From: a virus
Taxonomy: Duplodnaviria; Caudoviricetes
IMG/VR virus record: IMGVR_UViG_3300037493_001856
Coordinates: 1 to 62,362 of that record
DNA: 62,362 bases
Direction: 5' to 3' (one strand)
Positions 17,038-25,616 of the stretch are shown here, in pieces; the stretch's first letter is position 1, and each line of letters opens with the position of its first letter. Under the pieces are notes generated by a model. That model searched no databases and was not told where the DNA came from. It saw nothing but the letters and a program-made list of their open reading frames with translations. The position numbers were made by a program, and so were the translations under genes.

Positions 17038-19867
17038 ACGCTGTATCCTGCACAGCCAGCAGTGCTGCCGCGCCGGACATCAGTTTGTGTTTGGCGTCGA
17101 TCAGGAAACAGGCAGACCGCCCGGTGACGTAAACCTGCCCGTCGCCAAGGCTCTTGCTGGCGTTGTCGTTCAGCATGATGTTGGTCGTGGCCAGATAGGT
17201 CAGCAGCGCGGAGCAGTCGTGGTTATTCTCCACGCACCACGTCTTGAGGTGGGTCTTGGTGATGTAGATGCGCCCCTCTGCTTGCTCGTGCAAGATCATC
17301 AGGCTGTGCGTCGGGCGTCGGGTAACGTCTACCGCACCGGTGCGGGTCAGGGTAGTAACGAGGGTGTCGTTGATGTGGCTGTTCAGGTATTCGACCAGCA
17401 CGTCGACAGGGGTCTTGATCTCAGCCTTCACGCCGCCGCGAGTGTCGTTGATGATCTTCACTGCATGGGCTGTAACGCCCTCGACGCTGTAGTCGTGCAG
17501 GCCGAGCATGTTGCCGATCTTGGCTCCGACGATAGCTTGGGCGCACATGGCGATCCAGAACCGCTCAGGGCTCGCCGCCGATACCCGCTCGCCGAACTCG
17601 TGGTACGTGGTTCGTATCAAGGCTTGGGCCTCGGCAAGGTTCTTCACCATCCACTCGGCGATAACGCCGCCGGCGAGCCCATAGTTGGAGTCCAGCGGAG
17701 CCAGAACTTCGCGCGCCTCGGTGAGAGAGTGCGTGCCCAGCGCGCGGACGTAGCGCTCCAGCATCCGGTAGGTCTCGCCAGACGCCGTGCCCTTGAGATT
17801 GATCAGCTTGGGGATCAGCGGCGGGTTCGACGTGCAGTACATCGTGGTCTGCCATGTAGATATGTTGGCGCGCAGGGTGCGGTCTTGCCTCAGTGCCTCT
17901 TTGCCTCGACCGTTGGACACCGCGTAGCACAGGTCGGACAGCTCCATCGGGTCGATGTTGGTAATCTCGTCGTACGTCACCGGCAGATTGTTGTAGCAGC
18001 CGATCACGGCCAGCTTGGCGTTGTTGGTGTCTTGGTGCAGCAGCGACTTCTCGGTCGGGATGCCGTAGATCGAGTGAATCATTTTCAGCACGGTGGACTT
18101 GCCCGCGCCGCCCTCACCGTAGAGGTTGAAGATCGACCCTTCGTACCCGGTGAACTTGAAGAACAGCTGGCCGAAGCCCATCATCAGGGCAAAAGCGTAG
18201 TCTTCGTAGCCCTCGCGGTTGTAGATGTCCGCCACCTTCTTCCACACCGCCAAGTCGCCCTTCGACTCGAACTTGGGGGCCACGTTCTTGAACTGCTCGT
18301 TGACCTTGATCTGTCGCGCGCCGTGCTCGTTGTAGCACTTGTTGCCGATCACGATTTCCGTGTCGTTCTTGCGCCAGCCGAACTGGCTGTAAATCTGATC
18401 CGCAGGCATTTCAACCTGCAAACTTTGGATGTACCCGAGCATATACCCCACCAGTCTCGCTTTGTTGTCCATATTTGGCATGACCCCTTCGCGGGACAAT
18501 GCCTCCATGAGCTTGCGCTCGTCGTAAATCAGGTACGCCGGTATCGGGTACTCCCGCCATCCTTCGCGAGGCAACCAAGACCTGAAGAAAAATATCTCGC
18601 ACCGCTCGATCTCGTCATACATGCGCTTGGTCGGGTGCAGGTCGTACTTGTAAATGATGTCCGGGTCCATCTCTGTCCCGTCTTCATCCTTGACCCGAAT
18701 GGCGATGCCTCCGCAAGCAGTCCGCAGGTACGGGTAGGGTGGCCGGGGCAGCTCCACCGAGGTCGTCTCACCATTGCCGTGGTCCAGCACCATCGTCGGC
18801 TTGTCGGTGGCCTCCTTGATGACGCGTCCGAGGGATATGGGGGATGTGATCTTGCCACGGTACTCGCAGCCGTTACAGCCGCCGGGGTTGCGTGAATCGA
18901 ACGTGTCGCACTTGGCAGGACCGATGTCCTTGTCGGCCAGCGCTTGCATCTTCGCAGCAGTGTCCTCTGCGCTGTAGCCGGGGTGCTTGAACGACACAGC
19001 ACGGGAGAGCTTTTCTGAATCGTGGCAGTGTCTGACCACCTGCAACACGAGCTGCCATACAGGCTCTTTGGTGTTGGCTTGATCTTTGACTGCTGTGCCG
19101 ACTTGCTGGCACTTCTTGGCGATGTCTTTGAAATCCGCCGGCTCTTGCGCAACTGAAAAGCTGCCGAGTCCTGTGTCCGCTTTCGGCCCCGGCGTGCTCA
19201 CGGGTTTTGCCACTGCACTGAACTGCTTGGACGCTGTGACGATGGTCTGGATCAGCAGCTTGGGGTCGTTGTCAGGTACTGGATGTTTGTTCAGTACGAC
19301 CACTCGCCGGGGGTCTGCCTTGTTCTTGAAGTTCCTGCTGCCCGGTAACCGCAGGATACTGGCCACGTCTGCTGTTCTTGAAGGGTCGGCGTGGAGTCCG
19401 TACGCTACGGTCAGGGCCTTGAACTGCGCTGCTACCTTCTGCCACACGCGTGCCTCGATGGCGTATGTCATGGGCCAGTAAACGTGCACCCCGTACCCGG
19501 ACGACACCAGCATGGGTGTCTGCAGCCCGACTTCCTTGACGAACTGCATCAGGTGTTTGATCGCTTCGGCCTGCGACTTGTAGGGCTTGCTTGCTCCCAC
19601 GTCCAGATCGAGGATCAAGGACTTTACCTGCGAAATGTTCGCCGCGATGCGAACCTTCTTCTTGCCGTCGACCTCGACCTCACGCTCTTTCAGCGTGCCG
19701 ATGGCGAAATAGACGTCCTTGTTTTCGCGATCCAGCTTGTCCAAAACCCACTTGGCTTTGGCCTTGGTATCGACTCGGTAATGTGTGTAGCCGTGAAACC
19801 CTTCTGATGGTGTTGCCAAGCAGATGAACCCTTTCGGCGAAAGAATTCTGGTTAGAAACTCAGTCAT
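17036..19867 (-). CDS. Primase-helicase (RepB-like primase + DUF927 + helicase)
   Basis: LDLD, SSGYGVHVYW, ILRLPGS.N; Cys cluster; Walker A GEGGAGKS; YDE; NGRGK. Confidence 0.85.
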   Translation of the reverse strand: MTEFLTRILSPKGFICLATPSEGFHGYTHYRVDTKAKAKWVLDKLDRENKDVYFAIGTLKEREVEVDGKKKVRIAANISQVKSLILDLDVGASKPYKSQAEAIKHLMQFVKEVGLQTPMLVSSGYGVHVYWPMTYAIEARVWQKVAAQFKALTVAYGLHADPSRTADVASILRLPGSRNFKNKADPRRVVVLNKHPVPDNDPKLLIQTIVTASKQFSAVAKPVSTPGPKADTGLGSFSVAQEPADFKDIAKKCQQVGTAVKDQANTKEPVWQLVLQVVRHCHDSEKLSRAVSFKHPGYSAEDTAAKMQALADKDIGPAKCDTFDSRNPGGCNGCEYRGKITSPISLGRVIKEATDKPTMVLDHGNGETTSVELPRPPYPYLRTACGGIAIRVKDEDGTEMDPDIIYKYDLHPTKRMYDEIERCEIFFFRSWLPREGWREYPIPAYLIYDERKLMEALSREGVMPNMDNKARLVGYMLGYIQSLQVEMPADQIYSQFGWRKNDTEIVIGNKCYNEHGARQIKVNEQFKNVAPKFESKGDLAVWKKVADIYNREGYEDYAFALMMGFGQLFFKFTGYEGSIFNLYGEGGAGKSTVLKMIHSIYGIPTEKSLLHQDTNNAKLAVIGCYNNLPVTYDEITNIDPMELSDLCYAVSNGRGKEALRQDRTLRANISTWQTTMYCTSNPPLIPKLINLKGTASGETYRMLERYVRALGTHSLTEAREVLAPLDSNYGLAGGVIAEWMVKNLAEAQALIRTTYHEFGERVSAASPERFWIAMCAQAIVGAKIGNMLGLHDYSVEGVTAHAVKIINDTRGGVKAEIKTPVDVLVEYLNSHINDTLVTTLTRTGAVDVTRRPTHSLMILHEQAEGRIYITKTHLKTWCVENNHDCSALLTYLATTNIMLNDNASKSLGDGQVYVTGRSACFLIDAKHKLMSGAAALLAVQDTA

Positions 19868-19895
19868 TTTTCCTACCTCTGGTTTTTGTTTTTTG

Positions 19896-19980
19896 CTCTC
19901 TACTTAGGGTGGCCCACCAACATACGGGGGAGGTAGCTGCTGACCGGCAGCAAAGCCGGTGGGCCAGCCTAAGTAGAGAG
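19896..19980. promoter_or_regulatory. Long inverted repeat (22/23-bp arms) upstream of the primase-helicase
   Basis: CTCTCTACTTAGGGTGGCCCACC ... GGTGGGCCAGCCTAAGTAGAGAG; a second hairpin follows at 19984..20010. Confidence 0.6.
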
Positions 19981-20027
19981 AGGGGGGGTTCGTCCCCGCG
20001 ACGAACCCCCAGATTAGACCTTCACGG

Positions 20028-20237
20028 TCATGATGTCAATGTGCGTTTTGTTCCTGCCGGCAACATGACAAGTTCTTTGTGAGACGTGCGCTGACCCTCC
20101 TTGACGGCCACCTCTACGGTGGAAAACCGTTGGTTGCAGAGGCGGCAGACTCGCCTCCTCCGTGTCTGGGTGTCGGTGTGATCCGTCACCATCACCCTCA
20201 ACTCCTGCGCCGGAGCCCCGCAGTGTGGGCATAACAT
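20028..20237 (-). CDS. NrdR-N-terminal-like zinc-ribbon protein
   Basis: CPHCG...V..T...TRRRRVC..C..RFSTVE. Confidence 0.7.
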   Translation of the reverse strand: MLCPHCGAPAQELRVMVTDHTDTQTRRRRVCRLCNQRFSTVEVAVKEGQRTSHKELVMLPAGTKRTLTS

Positions 20238-20239
20238 GG

Positions 20240-21205
20240 CTAGATCAGCCCGTCCAACATCGCTTCAAGGTCTTCACCCATCGGCTCCGCTGCCACCGGT
20301 TCCGGCTTGGGCTCAGGCTTCGGCTCGGCCTTCTTCGGCGCGGGCTTGGGCTTGACCACTTCAGCAACAGGCTCGGCAGTCGGGGCAGGAGCGGCCAGCA
20401 CATGTGCAGGGGCCGGCGTCGAGAACCCGTCGTCATCCTCCATGCTCACCTCACCGGACAGGTCCACCGTCGTCGCCGTAACCTCCAGCATGGACTTCAC
20501 TTCCGCCGACTTGGCGAGCTTGGCCACAACTGCGAACTCGTCTTCCGGGATGAACGACTGCGGCGTGAAGTACAGCTTCGGCACTGACGACGCTGTGTCG
20601 AACGACAAGCGAGTCACCAGACCTTCCGCACGAACACCACGGGCAGCGAGGAACTTGGCGTAGCCAGACAAGGTGTACAGGCCCTTCGCATCGACGCCAT
20701 CGCCGAACAACGACAGGGCCTTCACATCCAGCTGATAGACCTCACGCTCAGGATCACCAGACAGCATGACCGCCAGCCGCTTGCTGAAGGCACACGCCCG
20801 GGCCTTGCGTCCCTCGAACACCTTGGAGCCCTTCTCGTTCTGCGGGCAGGTGGCGCACTTCGACGACTGCGGTTCAGCGGAGTCCTTTGCAGGACTGATA
20901 CCGTCCACCGAGAAACAAGCCGGCGGGGCTTTGACTGACGGGTCGTACGTGCCGGCGTAGAACGTACGGTTGATCGCGACGTTGGCACCGAGGATGATCA
21001 CGTCGAGGTACGGCTCGTCCTTGACAGCGATTTCCTGTCCGGCTTGCACCAGACGGAACCGGGCACCCTTGAGGCCGATGCGGTTGCGCCCAGAGCCCAT
21101 CCCGCCGCCGATCTGCGACGTGACGGAATCCGCTGTGGCTCGGAGGTATGCGGGTACTGCGACGGCAGCGCCGCTGTTAAACAGTGCTACGAGATTCGTG
21201 GTCAT
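20240..21205 (-). CDS. Putative ssDNA-binding/annealing protein
   Basis: P.CFS.DG..P, C.TCPQN.KGS, AC...KRLAV; acidic tail; in the replication module. Confidence 0.6.
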   Translation of the reverse strand: MTTNLVALFNSGAAVAVPAYLRATADSVTSQIGGGMGSGRNRIGLKGARFRLVQAGQEIAVKDEPYLDVIILGANVAINRTFYAGTYDPSVKAPPACFSVDGISPAKDSAEPQSSKCATCPQNEKGSKVFEGRKARACAFSKRLAVMLSGDPEREVYQLDVKALSLFGDGVDAKGLYTLSGYAKFLAARGVRAEGLVTRLSFDTASSVPKLYFTPQSFIPEDEFAVVAKLAKSAEVKSMLEVTATTVDLSGEVSMEDDDGFSTPAPAHVLAAPAPTAEPVAEVVKPKPAPKKAEPKPEPKPEPVAAEPMGEDLEAMLDGLI

Positions 21206-21612
21206 TCTTCTTTCTCCTTGGTTGCACGACGAACTGTGACGACCTGTTCGTAAATCACGTCGAGGCCGGGGGGGACTGCACCTTCATGGTCTTTCATGTA
21301 GCTCGTGAGGACGGTTCTGGCGATGCGCCGCTCGAACATATCCATCTCGTCATTCTCTCTGGCCCACGCGTTGAACGCGATCCAGTCCTTGCCGGCCACC
21401 TTCATGTCCTTGCCCTTGATGGCAGTGCCGATACCCTTGACGGCGAGGTTGTCGACACCCATCGCGTTGCACTGCTGGAGCAGCCAGACTTCACACTTCT
21501 CCATCGCGGCTAGGAACGGGGCATCTGCCTCCGTGTAGGCTTTCTTCAACTCGCTGCGCTTGTCACGCAAAGCGATGTACTTCCCGATAACGACATCGGC
21601 TGTTAAGCTCAT
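21202..21612 (-). CDS. Conserved replication-module protein
   Basis: YIALRD, GT, DW..F, PPGL motifs; strong RBS. Confidence 0.65.
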   Translation of the reverse strand: MSLTADVVIGKYIALRDKRSELKKAYTEADAPFLAAMEKCEVWLLQQCNAMGVDNLAVKGIGTAIKGKDMKVAGKDWIAFNAWARENDEMDMFERRIARTVLTSYMKDHEGAVPPGLDVIYEQVVTVRRATKEKEE

Positions 21613-21645
21613 TTTGCTACCTCCTTTTGTTTGACTACAACTCGT

Positions 21646-21674
21646 ACTTTACACTACAGATGCAGGGCTGTCAA
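21646..21674 (-). promoter_or_regulatory. Sigma70-like promoter TTGACA-17-TAAAGT
   Basis: Consensus -35 with 17-bp spacing upstream of 21612. Confidence 0.6.
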
Positions 21675-23217
21675 GCACTTTCCGGTATAGGTCTAAAACT
21701 TTTTTCTGTCGGTCGATCTTTGACGCCGCCACACCGTATGCGTCCCATTCTACACCAACAGACCCTAGATGTATGACGGTCATGTGATGTTTTTGCCCCG
21801 GTCGTGCTACTCGCGCGTTTGCCTGCTCGTACATCTCTGACGAAAACGTCGGGCCGTACCAAACACAGATGTTTGCACTGACCAGCGTGAGGCCGTGTGC
21901 TGCCGTGGCTGGGTGAGCAATCAGCACCTTGGGGTCTTGGTCGACCTGCTGGAATGCCGAAATGATCCTTGTGCGATCTCCTGCCGACGTGTCGCCGTTG
22001 ATCATCTCGACGCCCCAAGTCTTGGATAGCTCGGTCTTCAGGTGCTTCATCACGTGCTTGAACGGGCACCAGACGATGACCTTGTGGTCGGCTTCCTCGA
22101 TGATCTCCTTGAGGGTGGCCAGTCGATCCGGGGCCTGCACCAGCTGGGTCTCTCCTGTGTCGTCATAAACTGCACCTTGCGCCAGCTGCAAAATTTTTAT
22201 GAGCTTCACTGCTGCGTTTGCTGCTGTGATCGTGGCACCATCGTTATCTGCCACCAAGTGCTTGCGCATCTGCTCCATCATCCGGTGCTGCTCGGGCGAC
22301 AGCTCACAGGCCCGGTTCTGGTACGTCACTGGGGGCAGGTCGATGCAGTCCTCGGTCCTGAACCTGATTGCAGGCTGCATGGCGGTGTACGCCATCTGCG
22401 TGGCCTCGGGCTTGGGCACCCACTTGAAGTTCGACACCTGAATCATCGTCTGGCGCTTGAACGCGAGGAAGTACGGAGGTACTGTCTCGGGGCGGACTAG
22501 GCGGGCCAGCGCCCATGCGTCGGTCGGCTGGTTGGGGCACGGCGTGGCTGTCAGTAACCAGAGGCGTGTAGCAGGCTTGAGTAAACTCTTCAGTGTCTTG
22601 TATCTGTTGGTCATCGAGTTGCGAATCGCCGACGCCTCATCGTAGATGTACAGCGTAACACGAGGGTCTTTCGCCAGCACATGAGATATCGTAGCCAGTC
22701 CGTCATGGTTCACGATCAGGAAGTCAGCGTCCGACGCAGCAAGTTCAAGTTTGCGTTCCCTCCCTCCTTCGATAACCACGGCTCGGCGGTGCATGAGCGT
22801 GTTGAATATCTCGTCCTCCCACACCTTGTGGGTGCAGGACTTCGGGCAGACGATCACGACCTTGTCGACCATCTTGTGCAGGCGCAGGTACTCGGTGGCC
22901 CACAGCGCAGCGGCTGATTTTCCGGAACCCATTCCGGAAAGTACGAATGCACGCCGATTTACCGTCAGAAACTCGACCGTCGCCCGCTGATGGTCGAACG
23001 GCTTGTACCTGCCCGGGTAGTCCCACCCGTGGTTTACCGGGCTCGGCGCGTTGATCCCGATATTGCGCAGGATGGTCACCGCATCCAGATCGTGACGCAC
23101 GGCGATGTGGGGCCTGCCTCGGTACTCCAGACTCTTGGCATGGGGCAGAACAGATCGGACGGCAATCGGATCGGAAGCAGGAAACACCAGCATCCCGTGG
23201 CCCGTGATGAAGCTCAT
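21649..23217 (-). CDS. SNF2-family helicase
   Basis: GMGSGKS, YDEAS, TATP, HGLTL, QANARVARPGQ; start at ATG 23217. Confidence 0.9.
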   Translation of the reverse strand: MSFITGHGMLVFPASDPIAVRSVLPHAKSLEYRGRPHIAVRHDLDAVTILRNIGINAPSPVNHGWDYPGRYKPFDHQRATVEFLTVNRRAFVLSGMGSGKSAAALWATEYLRLHKMVDKVVIVCPKSCTHKVWEDEIFNTLMHRRAVVIEGGRERKLELAASDADFLIVNHDGLATISHVLAKDPRVTLYIYDEASAIRNSMTNRYKTLKSLLKPATRLWLLTATPCPNQPTDAWALARLVRPETVPPYFLAFKRQTMIQVSNFKWVPKPEATQMAYTAMQPAIRFRTEDCIDLPPVTYQNRACELSPEQHRMMEQMRKHLVADNDGATITAANAAVKLIKILQLAQGAVYDDTGETQLVQAPDRLATLKEIIEEADHKVIVWCPFKHVMKHLKTELSKTWGVEMINGDTSAGDRTRIISAFQQVDQDPKVLIAHPATAAHGLTLVSANICVWYGPTFSSEMYEQANARVARPGQKHHMTVIHLGSVGVEWDAYGVAASKIDRQKKVLDLYRKVLDSPASVV

Positions 23218-24050
23218 CAGTGAGCCCCCTTCACAACGTACGCTGCTCGCTTGGCCTCTGGCAGTGTCCCCGCGAAGTAAGGTCGCCACCAGAATGTTCC
23301 GGATTTCCTAACTTTGAAGTGCCCCCGCACAAGGTGCAGCGCTTTCCCCCCGCTTGTGGCGTCAGTAGCAGAGCCCTCTTTAATCGCGTGATTTAGGTGG
23401 ATGTATGTGTAGGGGCGTAATGCAGGTTTATTCCTCCTTTGCCTAGCAGCAGCCAGCTTAGGGGGGAGGTCGTCTGAGCGCTTGTGAATTACGTCACCCA
23501 TCACATGGAACATACTTAACGCCGCAATAGCCTCGCTCAAAAGTCCGTCTAGCAAAACTTTGTGCGTACCGGGAGGAATACCGAACGCTTGATTTAGTTC
23601 AGAATGCACCACCTCGCCAGACGCCCCCAGATACCCTAACTCCCACACTCTCCCTGCAATGCGCATAAACCCTACCATTAAGCATGGGTCTCGTTGGAAG
23701 TACACATACATCCCCGGGACACTCATAGGGGTGTTCCGCGTAGCTGCGACAAACTGTCTTTCTTCCTCGGATTTAGCGAACGACATACAAGTATCGTAGT
23801 CTTTTTCACCTATGGTCACTTTGGATGCGTCAAACTCTATCCACAACGAATCGTACGGGGGGTGCAGCAGCGCCTTGAACTTTTCTTCCTTATTCAGGGA
23901 CCGCAATAACACCACATCACGGGTATCAAACACAAATCTCTCGGCGCGCATGATTGTTGAGGGCTCTACAGGTGCAGCTATTTTGGGGGGCCTGTAAAGG
24001 GTTTCTTCCCCGTCCACTACCTTCTCTATAAACAACTTTGCTCGCGTCAT
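23217..24050 (-). CDS. Hypothetical protein with C-terminal HxxRGH motif
   Basis: HLVRGHFK..WWRPY; coupled on both sides; visibly more AT-rich than its neighbours. Confidence 0.6.
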   Translation of the reverse strand: MTRAKLFIEKVVDGEETLYRPPKIAAPVEPSTIMRAERFVFDTRDVVLLRSLNKEEKFKALLHPPYDSLWIEFDASKVTIGEKDYDTCMSFAKSEEERQFVAATRNTPMSVPGMYVYFQRDPCLMVGFMRIAGRVWELGYLGASGEVVHSELNQAFGIPPGTHKVLLDGLLSEAIAALSMFHVMGDVIHKRSDDLPPKLAAARQRRNKPALRPYTYIHLNHAIKEGSATDATSGGKALHLVRGHFKVRKSGTFWWRPYFAGTLPEAKRAAYVVKGAH

Positions 24051-24340
24051 ACCATCTCCAGCCACATCTTGAGCAGATCGTACGACCCGTCCGTCCCGTC
24101 GATTACGAACGCTACTCCTACCGCGAGGTTGATCTCGCGAATCGTACCCTCTTGCCGGGGTGTGGGCTTCTTCCCTTCGGCTTTCGTCTCAATGGCGAAG
24201 AACCGTCCGTGGTGACAGCCAAGGCAGTCCAATGTCGGGGCACCCATACCGTTGCCCACAGGCCAGTAGTGGTAGCACTTGGCCGCTTCAAGCATCTTCT
24301 TGACGCGAACCTTTACAGCACCTTCAGGGGTTAGTGCCAT
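24047..24340 (-). CDS. VRR-NUC nuclease
   Basis: TPEGAVK, G.PTLD, F.AIETKA..KKPT.RQ. Confidence 0.85.
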   Translation of the reverse strand: MALTPEGAVKVRVKKMLEAAKCYHYWPVGNGMGAPTLDCLGCHHGRFFAIETKAEGKKPTPRQEGTIREINLAVGVAFVIDGTDGSYDLLKMWLEMV

Positions 24341-24503
24341 AGCGGAACTGCTCCTCGACGTACTTCGTTTCGACGGGCTTCTCAGCCGGCGCGAGAGCTT
24401 CGAGTCTTGTCCACAGCTCCTCCACAAGCGGGTCGCCTTGGATGTCGTACCGGTGGCAGCGAATCAGCTCTGCGTTGGACAGGCGGTTATACGGCGTCAG
24501 CAT
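24324..24503 (-). CDS. Small hypothetical protein (59 aa, not in ORF track)
   Basis: RBS AAGGAGG; MLTPYNRLSNAELIR...; fills the gap between neighbours. Confidence 0.55.
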   Translation of the reverse strand: MLTPYNRLSNAELIRCHRYDIQGDPLVEELWTRLEALAPAEKPVETKYVEEQFRYGTNP

Positions 24504-24678
24504 GATCTTCCTCCTTAACGATGGTGTAGTTGTACAAGGCCATCTTGTCTTTATCCATCGGCTCCTCGAACTCCGAATACTGCCCTCGCAGCTTCATGGT
24601 GCCGGTCTCTTTGTTGCGCCCGAGGATTTCAAATCGCACCTCGGGTTTCGTCGTACTCTGCAGGAAAAACTTCGCCAT
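24487..24678 (-). CDS. Hypothetical protein
   Basis: Coupled small ORF. Confidence 0.55.
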   Translation of the reverse strand: MAKFFLQSTTKPEVRFEILGRNKETGTMKLRGQYSEFEEPMDKDKMALYNYTIVKEEDHADAV

Positions 24679-25358
24679 CACCATCTCCTCTTGTTACCAA
24701 CACCACAGTATTCACACGTCGTTACGACGCACCCCTTGTACCCCTTGCCGTTCGGCACACACAGCCCGGACGGTTTCGGTTGGAACACACCTTCTTCCTT
24801 CGCTCGCTCCAGCTGGGCAGCGCGCACCTCGAACTCTGCCCACAGCTCGGCCATGTCCTTCCTCTCGTACACCCCCTCGGTGACCTGCCGGTGGGCCAGC
24901 CACAGGAACCGCGTCTTGACGGTCCGGACGAACGGGTAGTTGGCGAAGATGAGCAGCGCGTTGAGCTTCAGCTGGGAAGATGGACGTACTTTCCCGAATT
25001 TGTAGTCGACAACGACGGCGTCAGTGTCCCGCAGATTGAACACGTCAATGATGCCTCGACTCCATGCATCAGGGCTTGCAAAATCCGTTGGGGCGTATTC
25101 CTTTGTGCAAGCAACTTTTTCCTCGCACATCGTGATGCCCGGGAGGCTGCAGATTTTGTTAGCGAAGCCCTCCAGATACGCGAACTCCGCTGGTAGTGGT
25201 GTGCCATCTCTGACCCTTTCTTCAAGCGCGAGGTGCCCTCGGGTTCCCCACGCGGTTGTTGGATGCAACGTCTCCTGAAAGTTCTGCGCGATCTTCAGCT
25301 CATAGAACTGGATCGGGCAGGTCTCGTAGGCGTTCAGCTGAGAGTAGGACCATGTCAC
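24678..25358 (-). CDS. PD-(D/E)xK Cas4-like exonuclease
   Basis: WSYS.L..YETCP, GT..H..LE, GIID, DYKFG, QL, C-terminal Cys. Confidence 0.85.
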   Translation of the reverse strand: MTWSYSQLNAYETCPIQFYELKIAQNFQETLHPTTAWGTRGHLALEERVRDGTPLPAEFAYLEGFANKICSLPGITMCEEKVACTKEYAPTDFASPDAWSRGIIDVFNLRDTDAVVVDYKFGKVRPSSQLKLNALLIFANYPFVRTVKTRFLWLAHRQVTEGVYERKDMAELWAEFEVRAAQLERAKEEGVFQPKPSGLCVPNGKGYKGCVVTTCEYCGVGNKRRW

Positions 25359-25606
25359 TTCATGCTCCCGTCTTTCTTCCGGGGGAAGCTGCGATTCTGG
25401 CTCGGCGTCGTCACGCGCGCGTTGGACAGCTTGTTCGCTCCACCCTTGGACAAAGGTACTTTGTGATCGAGGTCTTTCTTGTCGCCCTTCTTGACCATCC
25501 CCTTCTTCTCCGCTTCCCGGCGCAGGCGCAGACGGGCGGCGTGACCTTCATCCTCACCACGGGCGAGCAGGGTTTTTCTTTCCTGAGAATAATTTCTCTT
25601 GATCAT
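25355..25606 (-). CDS. Small HNH endonuclease
   Basis: GDKKDLDHKVPLSKGG.N..SN......NRS. Confidence 0.8.
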   Translation of the reverse strand: MIKRNYSQERKTLLARGEDEGHAARLRLRREAEKKGMVKKGDKKDLDHKVPLSKGGANKLSNARVTTPSQNRSFPRKKDGSMK

Positions 25607-25616
25607 CGGCACGGTA

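Noticed and set aside
16898-18895. 665-aa plus-strand ORF
   Set aside because: Antisense shadow of the primase-helicase in GC-rich codons; no motifs or RBS
24678-25358. Cas4 as part of a CRISPR-Cas system
   Set aside because: No other cas genes or array; stand-alone Cas4-like exonucleases are normal in phage replication modules
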